Assembly (NCBI GenBank): GCA_951406725.2
Contig: OX597839.1
Span: 25,854,001-25,918,000, forward strand
Direction: 5' to 3'
Source: Octopus vulgaris
Lineage: Eukaryota
DNA: 64,000 bases
In this document: positions 13,653 to 27,048 of the stretch, in pieces
Position numbering within the stretch: the stretch's first letter is position 1
How the letters are laid out: each line of letters starts with the position of its first letter
Notes under the pieces: model-generated
Told to the model about the DNA's origin: nothing
Seen by the model: the letters and a program-made list of their open reading frames with translations, nothing else
The model's database searches: none
Made by a program: the position numbers and the translations under genes

Positions 13653-15015
13653 TGGTGAAGAATTTATTTAATGTGTCTGGAGAAAGAGAAATATGAATGA
13701 ACAACAGCTAGAGTTTGCAGAAAGATGAGATTGGAAAGATTAAGCAAGATGAATGTAAATGAAGCAAATCTGGGCTTTTAGAAGAAGAGGGGGTGGGGGG
13801 AAGGGGCGATTGTAATTTAGATCAACGGATTAAAAAAAAAAAAAAAAAAAAAAAACTAAGCTTCCCTGACCACATGGTTCCAGGTTCAGTCCCACTGCGT
13901 GGCACCTTGAGAAAGTGTCTTCTACTATTAGCTTTGGGCCGACCAAAGCATTTTGAGTAGATTTGGTAGATGGAAACTGAAAGAAGCCCACAGTATACAT
14001 ATATATATATATATATATGTATTTATTCTAGATTAAAACTGTCCTACAAACAGGAATGTGAAACTCTGAGTAGCAGATTTTTTGTGATACTTTTTACAGC
14101 TTTAATAATTAGCCATATTACTCTACCTCGGGTATTCGAGTACTATTTTTAACCACCTTGTTTCATATTTATGTGCTTACTCAGATATATATATATGTAT
14201 GTATGTATGTATATATATATATGTACATATTTGTGTGTCTGTGCTTGTCCCCCCACCATTGCCTGACAACCAATGTCGGTGTGTTTATGTCCCCTTGGCA
14301 AAAGAGACCGATAGAATAAGTACTAGGCTTATAAAGAATAAGTCCTGGGGTCAATTTATTTGACCAAAGGCAGTGCTACAGCATGGCCGCAGTCAAATGA
14401 CTGAAACAAGTAAAAGAATAGAAATCAATAAAAGAATATATTGAAATATATTTGACCCAAGGACAGGACAGTACTACTAACAGACCCCTAATATCATGGT
14501 TTAAAACGCTGGCACAATGCCAGCAGGTTCAAGAGAGGGGTAAGTCAGTTACAGTAACCACCAGTGCTCAACTGGTACTTATTTTTATTGATCCTGAAAG
14601 GATGAAAGGCAAAGACGCCCTCAGTGGAATTTGAACTCAGAATGCAAAACAGGTAGATATGCCGCTGAGGACTTTGCCTGGTGCGCTAACGATTCTGCTA
14701 GCTCACCACATCGTCATCATTGTTGAACGTCCACCTCCCAGCTGGTCAGGCAGAAGACTACACAAGGATTCTGTGTCTGTTTTAGCATGGTTTTTACGCT
14801 CAGATGCCCTTTCTAACACCAACCACCTTAATTTTAAAATATTGGTTTCTAACATTTTGGCACGGGGCCAGTAGTTTTGGAAGAGGGGCTGAGTCGACCT
14901 TAGCAGAATTTGAACTCAAAACGAAAAGGCACATAAAATGCCACTAAGCATTTTTCAAGCATGCTAACAATTCTGCCAGCTTGCCATCCTACAGACCCCT
15001 AAATAAAAGTTATTT

Positions 15016-15430
15016 AGGCACAGGAGTGGCTGTGTGGTAAGTAGCTTGCTTACCAACCACATGGTTCCGGGTTCAGTCCCACTGCGTGGCATCTTGGGCA
15101 AGTGTCTTCTGCTATAGCCTCGGGCCGACCAAAGCCTTGTGAGTGGATTTGGTAGACGGAAACTGAAAGAAGCCTGTCGTATATATGTATATATATATAT
15201 ATATGTATGTGTGTGTATATGTTTGTGTGTCTGTGTTTGTCCCCCTAGCATTGCTTGACAACTGATGCTGGTGTGTTTACGTCCCTGTCACTTAGCAGTT
15301 CAGCAAAAGAGACCGATAGAATAAGTACTGGGCTTACAAAGAATAAGTCCCGGGGTCGATTTGCTCGACCAAAGGCGGTGCTCCAGTATGGCCGCAGTCA
15401 AATGACTGAAACAAGTAAAAGAGTAAAAGT
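15016..15430 (+). mobile_element. tRNA-derived SINE family A (CORE-like centre), full length
   Basis: Head aggcacaggagtggctgtgtgg...gggttcagtccc, cttgggcaagtg core, internal (TA/TG)n, tail gactgaaacaagtaaaagag; more + copies at ~1480-1845, 4431-4780, 5546-5900, 13858-14420. Confidence 0.85.
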
Positions 15431-18400
15431 TATTTAGATCATTAAGGCAACAATGCAGCCACAATATTCTTAGAGACAGCTTTTAAATACATAGGGTGGG
15501 ATTGAGTGTGGATCTCCCAGTTGATTGAGGACTCAGTTGTTTGATCTCAACTGAATTGCCTGACCTTGGATTAAGTGGCCAAGTATTCCACAGACATATC
15601 TACTCTTAAGCTAATTCTTCTCGGGCAGAATCAGCATAAGACTTAATGTGTGACAAAGCAACCTCTTTTGCATTACAGGCATAATCCATCTGACAGGCTT
15701 CTGTACAGTTTCCTTCTCTCCAATATCACTCACAAGACATTGGTTAACATACAGCTGTAGGAAATGACATTCATCACAGATGCCATGTAATGGGATTGAA
15801 CCCAAGCCCCAGGGCTGCAAAACAAACTCTAACCCCAAACTATTTGACCATATGATACATTACATATATATATATACATATTTATATAAAAAGGGTAAAG
15901 ACCCCCTTCGGTCATGTATGACCATGGGATTGCACCTAGAAAGTTCCCCACTGAGGCACGAGTCCAGACAAGGTTGTTTATGGAAGACCAGCAGTCACCC
16001 ATGCATACTATCCTCCCCTCCTTTCCATGCCGCTGATGTTATCCAAAGGAAAGGCAAAGGGGCTGATACAACTTGTCACCAGTGATATCGCAACTGATTT
16101 TTACAGCTGAGTGAACCAGAGCGTGAAATAATCCAAACGAGTGGTAGTAGTACAGGATAAATAAGTGAAGTTGAAAATGCACAGAGAATATGTGAAGATT
16201 TATTTAAATACTTATATCGACCAAACTACTGAATGTTGTTATACATCGCTGGTCACAATGCGCTTTGCATTGTTTTAGCTTTTGAATGATGCTATCCAGC
16301 CGGCTAAGCAAGCAAACCAGCACCTCTCACCCCCACTGATCAGTGGACTAGTCCATCATAGGCTTTACCCATTTGAAACTGAGTGAACTAGACTAATGTG
16401 AAATGAAGAATCTTGCCTAAGAACACATGCTGAATGGTCTAGGAATCAAACCTACAATCTGGCAATCGTGAGTGTAACACCCTAACCACTAAGCCACGTG
16501 TCTTCAAAAACACTTAACCGGTTTCACATTTGTTGATTTTCTAAAATGCATGTTATGTGGAGCTGTGTTGCAAACTGTATCTTCGCTGGACATTGTTCTA
16601 GAGATCATTTGTTTTTATAGAGATAATGCGGTTCAGATCACTATCAGTTGGTGTCCAGGTTGATTGGTTGAAGATGGTTAGAAGGTGAATAGTTGGAAAA
16701 CGAAATGGTTACCTTTAAACCATTTAGAGTGTGTGCTACAGTTATGAATAACTACAGCTGGAAATTACTAAAAAATCTTAAGTGGATAAAGAAAATTATT
16801 ATTTGGTTCCTAAATTTGCACAACATTCATTTAAATATATAGGTCTGTTATTATCAGTGAGAGCCTAAAACAAGTCCTTTAATGAGGAGATAGTCAACTG
16901 AACCATTAAGACCAATCCATAGGACCATCACTCAGGACAAGAACATCTACTGAATTGGTTAATTCTGTCCTAATTCTGGTGCTTGCTGTCCTAAAATTCA
17001 TCACATTAAACCTCTGACCTTTGATTTAGAGGGAGAAATATATACCAGTTCTGTTTAACAGGGAAATTATTTTCCTGTCATGATTGAACATTGAGCTGTA
17101 AGTGTTCTTTGAGGTATCTTGACTGACTTCTTTTAAGACTAGTGGGTTTTCAGTTGAGGCCCTGATAAGATTTTTTTAAAATTTATGTGCTATAAATTGG
17201 TTACATTTCCATAATATACAAAATATTTTAACAATTTTTCATACAATTCTCATTAATTGTAAAAATACAATAGGATTTTTTTTTTTTACATACATTGAAT
17301 GTCTACAGAGGTGGCAGCAGAATAAAACAGGAAACAAAGGGCTCCATAGGCAAAAGATGGTTGAGAACTACGGTTTCAAGACAATCAAGGAATTCAGGGT
17401 CAAAAGTGTATTTTAACAAGGTGCAAAGAAACAATGAAAGAATCATTGTTTCAGCTTATGCAGGGGTCCATATGTTTATAAACATGAGGTTGAGAATTTG
17501 TAACATTCATGCCTTTCTCAGGAATATGAGACATACCAGGATTTTTTTCTTATTATATTAACTAAAAATGGAAGCTACTTCACCAGAGTATATGACAAAG
17601 GATATAACGAGATATGTAAAGGAGAAATATATTGTCTAGAACGACTACCTGTATCAGGTGACAAACACTAAATCTAAAGACAAACATCTATGACAGTCAT
17701 AAAAATATATCGAGCTTGACAACCTGAGAAGACTTTAACGAGACATTCACTCTATTATATATATCTCTTATTAAAACATGAATGCAAGACAGAATTATAG
17801 AACTTAATCCCCAAATCACATCAACTGCAGACAGACCAGTTACATTCATCAATGTTTCAATTCCCAGACCGGGCGTTATGAGTGCTTACTGAGCAAAAAC
17901 ACAGAAAGCTTCACCAGGTTCCGGTAGGGGGTGGTGGTGAACCCTGCTGTACTCTTTCACCACAACTTTCTTTCACTCTTTCTTCCTGTTTCTGTTGTAC
18001 CTGTATTTCAAAAGGCCAGCCTTGTCACATTCTGTGTCACGCTGAATCTCCTCGAGAACTACGTTAAGGGTACACGTGTCAGTGGAGTGCTCAGCCACTT
18101 GCACGTTAATATCACAAGCAAGCTGTTCCGTTGATCGTATCAGCTGGGACCCTCATCGTCGCAACCGACGGAGTGCTCCTATATATATACATTAATCTAT
18201 ACGCAAGACAGAAATATTTTTCTCTTTATTCTAGCTAAAGTAGTGATTCGCAACCAGGGTCCACCTGCCCCTTCAGAGTCTCTATGAGATTTTATTGTTA
18301 GAAAATTTTGATGTGACATAAAATGGTTTTGCTTCTACAATGCACAAAATATCATAACTTTTCCTATAATTCCTAATAATATTCTTGTCTACTCTAGGCG

Positions 18401-18640
18401 GCACAAGGCCTGAAATCTTGGGGGAAGGTGCCAGTCGATAAGATCGACCCCAGTACGCAACTGGTACTTAATTTATCAACCCCGAAAGGATGAAAGGCAA
18501 AGGCGACCTCATAATTCCTAATAATATTGAATTATAAAAAAATACTGTAGGATTTATTAAACATTGAATGTCTAAGTAAAATAGGAATCCAAGCAGACCA
18601 TAGGCAAAAAAGAAAAAATGGTTGAGAATCAACCATTTTT

Positions 18641-19060
18641 AGGCGCAGGAGTGGCTGTGTGGTAAGTGGCTTGCTTACCAACCACATGGTTCTGGGTTCA
18701 GTCCCACTGCGTGGCATCTTGGGCAAGTGTCTTCTAATACAGCCTCAGGCCGACCAAAGTCTTCTGAGAGGATTTGGTAGACGGAAACTGAAAGAAGCCC
18801 GTCGTATATATATGTATATATATATATATATGTATGTGTGTATATGTTTGTGTGTCTGTGTTTGTCCCCCTAGCATTGCTTGGCAACCGATGCTGGTGTG
18901 TTTATGTCCCCGTCACTTAGCAGTTCGACAAAAGAGACCGATAGAATAAGTACTGGGCTTACAAAAGAATAAGTCCTGGGGTCGATTTGCTCGACTAAAG
19001 GTGGTGCTCCAGCATGGCCGCAGTCAAATGACTGAAACAAGTAAAAGTAAAGTAAAGTAA
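18641..19060 (+). mobile_element. SINE family A, full length
   Basis: Same head, core and tail as 15016-15430. Confidence 0.85.
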
Positions 19061-20170
19061 GTAATCACTGTTCTAAACCAAGATTAAAAATTCATCCTAG
19101 ACATCTAAACAGAATTACACTCAGGTAAAGAGCAAGAGCCCTCAAAACCTTACCATTCCACACTCCCTACATCAAATGAACTCAGCCAACACTTCTACAG
19201 ATGTTCCTATGAATTAACTGTTGCTAAAACAGGCCACCAACAGTTATTTTTTCAATTCTGTAGTTCATACAAGTCTGTAAAACTAGTTTGAAGAAACTGG
19301 TCTACATTGTGAGCAATATAACATATTCTGTGGAGATGGTGCTCTAAGTTCACATTAAAAGCAGAAACCGTATCAATGGACACAAAGAATATCAACAGAG
19401 TTTGTGCAGATGTGTATGTGCTCTCGGGTTTTGCTGGTGTTTGATGTGAGCACACCAGCAAATCTTATTTTGGAAGGGAAAATTATTAGGAATCAATAAC
19501 AACACGTAGGGTGGTGACAGGAAGGTGAACAACAACGACAAGAAAACTATTTTAGCGATTCAAGAAAAAAAAAAAAAAAAATCAACAAGATTATGAAATA
19601 ATAATATTAGTTAATTAATTCTCTAAGTGTCAACTCAACTTCATTAAAAAAAAACACAATTAGGGAAATAAAATAAGGGGGAAACAATAATGGATAAAAT
19701 TCTTTTTTTTTTTAAATTAGGGAGTTTTGGTTCGTATTTAAAAAAAAACCAAAAAAACTCTTGATAATGTAACGATTCAGGGATCAAAACGAGCTGTGAA
19801 AGGGAACAAGAGGAGGAAAAGAAATGCCTAAGATATGCAGGGGATGCAATAAGAAGCCGGAACTACGGAAAAAAAAAGCTTTAATCAAACAACAGACGTC
19901 TACAACTATTATAGCTGTACATGCTCCGAACAGGGAATGAACAACATCTGTAGTGCCAGCATAGCCTGTGTGTCAGATCTCAGCTCAGGAGGAGAGGAGG
20001 AAAGAGAGAGAGATAGAGAGAGAGAGAGAGGAAAGAGGTTTTTTTTTTTTTTTTGGAAGACAACAACAACAAGAACAACAACAACAACAACTGGGCTTTT
20101 GACAACATCCAATAGAATCACTGACAGTGGTCTGTGCAGTACCAGGAGGATGTACTTAGGAGCAGCTTAC

Positions 20171-20233
20171 TTGGTCTTTTAGGTTAGATGAACATATAGA
20201 ATGGCGTGCCAGGAAGTAATTTGTCCACTTATC
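20171..20233 (-). CDS. TAOK1: Probable Tao linker or cassette exon (21 aa)
   Basis: cttgttttccag|DKWTNYFLARHSICSSNLKDQ|gtaagc; 63 nt, phase 0/0, open in the frame left by exon 9; non-repetitive sequence; no homology recognised. Confidence 0.65.
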
Positions 20234-21036
20234 CTGGAAAACAAGGGTTAATCAAAGTTAAGTTAGGCTTACAGTCAAGAGATTGAACGGACACCAGACT
20301 AGGAATATTAGACAGACAGGGACTGGTGTGTATGCGTACAAAGGAATCGGAGCAATTTAATAATTTGTTGAGGGGAGGGGGAGATTTAAAACTTTTAAAA
20401 AATAAAAAAATTTTTTTAAGGCACAAGGCCCGCAATTTGGGTTAGTCGATTACATCGACCCCAGTATTTTACTGGTACTTTCATTTATCGACCCCCCCCT
20501 TGGAGGGATGAAAGGGCGAAGTCGACCTGGGTGGCATATGGAACTCGGAATGCAAAAAAAAAAGAGGTGGAAGAATTACCACAATGGTAATTTTGTCCGA
20601 CACTTTAAAAATTCCGCCAGTCCACAATACCGTTTTCATAAAGCCAGCTAAGAAGCAGATTATTTTCATTTTCTTCTCTTCATTTTTTTTTTTTTTAATC
20701 TTTATCATATTCGTAAAAATTATTTGTTTTTAAACATTATTTATTCATTTTTTTTTTTCTAATTTATTCATTATTCTAATACATTAGATAAAGGGTTTGA
20801 CAAAGAAAAATATTTACGAGAACTAAATCCCTAAAAACATGACATCAGCATATTACTGTTATTACAATTTCAATAATATTTTATTGTGTTTGTACCGAGA
20901 GTAAACTTGTTTCTCAGCAATTCTAGATAAAATAATCTCAACAGGAGAAGATATAGTTTTCATTTTAGGTAAATAAAGAAAAATAACAAAAATACTATAA
21001 AGCTGTAAAAATAAAATTATTTAGAAAATAAACTTT

Positions 21037-22142
21037 CATCCCTTTTGCCTGTCCAAATCATTTGCCTAAGTTTCCCCTAAACATCCATGCTTGTTTCCAG
21101 GTTTTTAGTTAGCCCTTGTTTCATGGGTTCTGTGCAATATAAAACATTCCCAAGTCTTAAGTTACTCTGGAGGTTGAGAAAAAAATAATTGGGAATTTGT
21201 GTCAGATATGATGCCAGGGACCCCAGGGAAATATGTCCTAAGTATCATGTGATAAGAAAGGACAGGCAAAGGGGTTTAAGGAGAGAAACAGATATTGAGT
21301 GACTCAAGCTCCAAAACATAAGTTACTCAAGTGAGTGATTCAAATTCCATAGTATAAGTTAACCCTTTGCCGGTCCAAATCATTTCCCTAAGTTTCCCCT
21401 AAACATCCATGCTTGTTTCCAGATTTTTAGTTAGCCCTTGTTTCATGGGTTCTGTGCAATATAAAACTCTCCCAAGTCCTAAGTTACTCTGGAGGTTGAG
21501 AGAAAAATAATTGGGAATGTGTGTCAGATATGATGCCAGGGACCCTAGGGAAATATGTCCTGAGTATCATGTGATAAGAAAGGACAGGCAAAGGGGTTTA
21601 ACCCTTTTGTTACCAGCCCGGCTGAAACTGGCTCTGGCTCTGTTGTACAAATGTCTTGTTTTCTTAAGGTTTCAATTAAAATCTTCCACCAAACCTTATT
21701 CACAATTTATGTTCCTAACACTAGCTGAATGATAACTAAGTTATTTTACTAAATTCTTTGTTATATTTAAAGTAATTGAAAGAAATACAGAACATCTCAA
21801 AATAAATACAGTAACGAAAGGGTTAAGGAGAGTAACAGATATTGAGTAACTCAAGCTCCATAGCATAAGTTAGCCCTTTGCCTGTATAAAGCATTGTTAG
21901 CCCTTTGCCTGTATAAAGCATTTTTATTTTTCAAAGTTTGTCCTAAATATCCGGGTATATTTTCAGCCATTTTGTAAGCTCTTGTTTCGTACATTCTGAG
22001 TAATACAAAGCTTTCTTTTTTATAAGGCCCAAGTTATTCTGGAAGCTGTAAAAAATTGGGAATGTGTATCCTAAATGATACATGGATATCAAGGAACTTT
22101 GTCCTGTGTATCACAAGATACCCAAGACAGTTAAAGGGTTAA
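21037..22142. mobile_element. Cluster of TTAA MITEs (three tandem copies plus one nested different family)
   Basis: ccctttgcc...ggcaaaggg units at ~21039, 21362, 21874; nested ttaa-cccttttgttac...gtaacgaaaggg-ttaa at ~21598-21825. Confidence 0.75.
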
Positions 22143-22455
22143 TTTAATGGGCAATATTTCCCCACTGCCCTAAGGTTCATGTATTGAATTGAAGAAGGTA
22201 CAACTCCCATCCTTGTAAATATAAATATTATGAAGTCTGTTCTGGGTGAAGATGATAAAACCAAATGAAGCTGAAAGACGGTGGAAGCTCCTTATTGTGA
22301 TCACTTTGGGAGAGCTGATTACATTAAGCAGAGAGTACAACAGTATCATAAGCAGTGATTATAAATAAGTGGCTTCCACTTGATGAATAGATTCTCTTCA
22401 ACATATTTAGTTGTATTTTCTAGAATCATTTTCCCTAGAGTTTGTAGTGAATTAC

Positions 22456-22508
22456 CATGTTAAAGACACATAGCAAAGAGAATAACGATTCTACCGGCCC
22501 CTATTTTC
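22456..22508 (-). other. Candidate 53-nt Tao alternative exon (stop in all frames, ends in ATG)
   Basis: T25-gtcag| acceptor and ATG|gtaatt donor; phase-0 reading ENRGR*. Confidence 0.45.
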
Positions 22509-22666
22509 CTGACAAAAAAAAAAAAAAAAAAAAAAAACCCAAACATTTCCCATTCTTGCTTAGTGGTTGTATGGTTAAATATGTCCAGATACAGAAACAC
22601 TGGCTCTTCAGAAATATTCAAATATCTTCATTTATAAAACTATCCAACTTACGATGATACAAAGCA

Positions 22667-23064
<398 letters not shown>

Positions 23065-23809
23065 ATATATATATATAAGTGCTTGTGTGTATAATCATAC
23101 ATAAGATGGTTTTCTAAATTAAAATGCTTGTATTTCTGAAGTTAGTATGCATGTGTATGTAAATATATGTTTTCATACACACATACATACATATGAATTT
23201 TTCATACATACATAAATAAATAAGATTTTCATACATAAATATATATGTAACTTATATAGTAGATGTATAGAATGAAAATTAAGCTATTTCTCTGTAGGTT
23301 GAAAAAGATGGCGAACAGCCTTTTCCGATTTTCGAGCCTTATTGACCTCTCATCAGAGGTGTTTATATCAATTTGATTAATCCCAGAGAAACAAGCAGTT
23401 AATTTGCTTATATCCTCGACAATTCAAGCAGCTACATTTTTTTATACACTCATTCAGGCAAGTTTTTCATACGTACATATGTGTAAGTATATATGACTGA
23501 GGATGATAAAAGGAGGAAAAAAAAAAAACAGAAATGAAAATTCAGACACTAAAAAAGAAAATATACCAATTAAAAAGAAATAAAATAAATGAGAAAAATA
23601 TGATGAAAGGCAAAGTATGTAATGGGTGTGATCACATGTGGGGGATCACATGTGGGGTCTATATGAAAACATCTTCAATATCATAAAAAGGTATTTTCTC
23701 TCATGAAGCCTTGAAAAAAAAAAATTAATGGATGTCAATGGAGAGAGAGATAGAGATAGAGAGAGAGATAGAGTGGTGGGGTAGGAGGAAGATGTCGTGG
23801 TATACTTAC

Positions 23810-23959
23810 ACTGTGATCTCTTGAGAAACTGAAATGGTTATCATCAACGCTAGGTCCTGGAAGACTGTTCATACTGCTACTGCGACTACTTGTACTGATA
23901 CCACTCTGGTGACTGGCTATACTATTGGACTTACTACTGTCAATCAATGTATCATCATC
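23810..23959 (-). CDS. TAOK1: TAO kinase coding exon 9 (Ser-rich linker)
   Basis: ttgcag|DDDTLIDSSKSNSIASHQSGISTSSRSSSMNSLPGPSVDDNHFSFSRDHS|gtaagt; 150 nt, phase 0/0; matches the TAO S-S-S-S-x-N-S-L motif. Confidence 0.93.
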
Positions 23960-24084
23960 CTGCAACGAAGCAAAACAAGAAATGACTTCTTTTTCCAACC
24001 CTTCACCGTTCAGACTCCTCCATCAAACATAATCCTCGTTTATTCCCCATCGTTTTCAATTAATTCATGCATCATCTCATGGCT

Positions 24085-24940
24085 TTACTCTCATTTGACT
24101 GTGGCCATGCTGGAGCACCGCCTTTAATCGAGCAACTCGACCCCGGGACTTATTCTCTTGTAAGCCTAGTACTTATTTTATCGGTCTCTTTTGCTGAACC
24201 GCTAAGTGACGGGGACGTAAACACACCAGCATCGGTTGTCAAGCAATGCTAGAGAGACAAACACAGCCACACAAACATATACACACGCATACATACATAT
24301 ATATACTCTTTTACTTGTTTCAGTCATTTGACTGCGGCCATGCTGGAGCACCGCCTTTAATCGAGCAACTCGACCCCGGGACTTATTCTTTTGTCAGCCC
24401 AGTACTTATTCTATCGGTCTCTTTTGCCGAACCGCTAAGTTATGGGGACATAAACACACCAGCATCGGTTGTCAAGCAATGCTAGGGAGACAAACACAGA
24501 CACACAAACATATACACACACATACATACATATATACTCTTTTACTTCTTTCAGTCATTTGACTGCGGCCATGCTGGAGCACCGCCTTTAGTCGAGCAAC
24601 TCGACCCCGGGACTTATTCTTTTGTAAGCCCAGTACTTATTCTATCGGTCTCTTTTGCCGAACTGCTAAGTTACGGGGACATAAACACACTACCAATCGG
24701 TTGTCAAGCAATGCTAGGGGGACAAACACAGACACACAAACACAGACACACAAACACACACACATATATACATATATACGACGGGCTTCTTTCAGTTTCC
24801 GTCTACCAAATCCACTCACAAGGCTTTGGTCGGCACGAGGCTATAGTAGAAGACACTTGCCCAAGGTGCCACGCAGTGGGACTGAACCCGGAACCATGTG
24901 GTTGGTAAACAAGCTACTTACCACACAGCCACTCCTACGC
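24085..24940 (-). mobile_element. SINE family A with two extra tandem 3' halves
   Basis: Three successive tcatttgactg..ggccatgctggagcacc units (~24091, 24324, 24554) and a single head at ~24940. Confidence 0.85.
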
Positions 24941-25179
24941 TTTGAGCTAATTGCTTTATTTTCACAATGAGACACTAAACGATATGTAGGACAGGCTGGA
25001 TCTGTCTGGTTTGAACATTTGGCCAGTTTAAATGGCAAAGGGTTGAACCTTTACCATCCAGATTACTCTATCAAATGTAATATTTATTTGCATTATTTTG
25101 AATCCTGCATTATTTAATAGCTTTAAAATTTTGATAAGTTAATTGTTTCTTTTTAGAATGACATTGCAGAGCAGGTATG

Positions 25180-25393
25180 AGCACCACTGTTGGTGCTACG
25201 TAAAAAGCACCATTGCTGGTGCCACGTGAAAAGCACCACTGCCGGTGCCACGTGAAAAGCACAACTGCCGGTGCCACATGAAAAGCACAACTGCCGGTGC
25301 CACGTGAAAAGCACCACTGCCGGTGCCACGTGAAAAGCACCATTGCTGGTGCCACGTAAAAAGCACCATTGCTGGTGCCACGTAAAAAGCACC
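25180..25393 (+). repeat. ~8 x 26-bp tandem module within a family D element
   Basis: Repeated gt(g/a)aaaagcacca(c/t)tgc(c/t)ggtgccac. Confidence 0.9.
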
Positions 25394-25739
25394 CTGTACA
25401 CTCTGTAAAGTAGTTGGCATTAGGAAGGGCATCCGGCTGTAAAAACCCTGCCAAAACAGACAATTGGAGCCTGGTAAATTGAAACTTCAAACATGAACTC
25501 TACCCCTCAACAGAGAATGATGACTATGGCAATAGCATCCACGCTACAGCAGATGACTGCCGGATGTGGTCAGCATCCATGTGGGACATGGTGAACTCCT
25601 TGGTCAGAGGCAGATCAATCCATCCCAGGTGAATACCCACGCAAGTACACTTTCCCCAATGCTACATCAACAACAAAAATACTTTTATGACACCACAGAA
25701 GAAACAGCGCACATTACCCGAGGGCCGTGGCACAATTAC

Positions 25740-25925
25740 CTGAGAAGAATCATCGGCAGACGGCTCCCCAGTTGAATTCTTCGCTTCATCATCGTTATTT
25801 TCCACCATCAAGATCTTTTTCATGCGTCTATACTGGAGATTATCCAGTTCTCGAACTGCATCCTTCGTTCGAAAAATCAAATCTAAAATCACAGTATTCG
25901 ATCTGGGTGTATTGACAAACTGATG
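25740..25925 (-). CDS. TAOK1: TAO kinase coding exon 8 (end of kinase domain, TAO-specific helices)
   Basis: ttccag|[62 protein letters not shown]|gtaatt; 186 nt, phase 0/0; [20 protein letters not shown] is TAO-diagnostic. Confidence 0.95.
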
Positions 25926-26604
25926 CTGGAATGGACGAAAGGGAATTAAAAACAATTAAGGATTAATTAGAAGCAAGAACAATCAACAGCAAAATTAGTA
26001 AATTTATACATATGACAAATTTATACATTCGATCAGAATCGAAATCGATCAATGGAAATTGCAGATGTGTTACCAGTGCCGGTGGCATGTAAGAGAACCA
26101 TCCGTTTGCGACCGTTGCCAGCGCCGCCCCGACTGGCCTCGTGCCGGTGGCACGTAAAAAGCACCATCCGTTCGTGTCCGTTGCCAGCCTTGCCTGTCCC
26201 CCGTGCCGGTGACACATAAAAAGCACCATCCGTTCGTGGCCGTTTGCCAGCTCTGTCTGGCACCTGTGCGGGTGGCACGTAAAAAGCACCCACTACACTC
26301 ACGGAGTGGTTGGCGTTAGGAAGGGCATCTAGCTGTAGAAACACTGCCAGATCTGACTGGGCCTGATGAAGCCTTCTGGCTTCACAGACCCCAGTTGAAC
26401 CGTCCAACCCATGCTAGCATGGAAAACGGAAGCTAAACGATGATGATAATGATGATGATATGACATTTTAGTTCTGCCACAGACAATATCTGTAGTTTTG
26501 CTGACATGATTAAAGGTACACAGTCCATACTAAAGTGCAAATAGGCTACAATAAACATTCTGCTCAATACCGCAGATTTGCTTGTCAGTTGCTTGACCAT
26601 AACC

Positions 26605-27048
26605 AGGTGAGCATCTTCAAAGCCACAGTCGAACCAATTCTACTATATGGCTCAGAAACCTGGATGTTATCAAAGAAGCTTGAGAGGCGGTTGGATGGAA
26701 CCTATACTCGCCTTATGAGAGCTCAAAATCTCTCGTGGAAGCGCCATCCAACCAAAATGCAAATATATGGGAAACTATCACCTGTGTCATCTCTTGTGAA
26801 CGGTAGGAGAGTCCAGTTTGCTGGACATTGTTGTAGAGCTGAAAAAGAGGTAATTTCTACTCTCCTCCTCTGGAAGCCATCTACTCGCAATGCCAGAGGG
26901 CGCACACTCTCCTACCCTGATGTAATCTCCAGGGATACAGGCATCAAGCAACAGGACCTCCGTAATGCCATGATGGACCGTGAAGTCTGGCGTAGCATGG
27001 TAAATTCTATTGTCTCGACCACTGTCGAACAATGATGATGATGATGAT
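26605..27048 (+). mobile_element. 5'-truncated RTE LINE 3' end with (GAT)n tail
   Basis: IFKATVEPILLYGSETW...RLDGTYTRL...FAGHC...WRSMV* then atgatgatg. Confidence 0.9.

Noticed and set aside
12097-13704. Acceptor-like sites at ~12173 and ~13677 sharing aaatatgaatgaaca
   Set aside because: The phase-0 frames hit stops quickly, there are no convincing donors, and a 15-mer match in AT-rich DNA is weak evidence
25718-25739. Alternative donor CGG|GTAATG 22 nt downstream of the exon 8 donor
   Set aside because: Would frameshift into exon 9; the 25740 donor gives the correct phase
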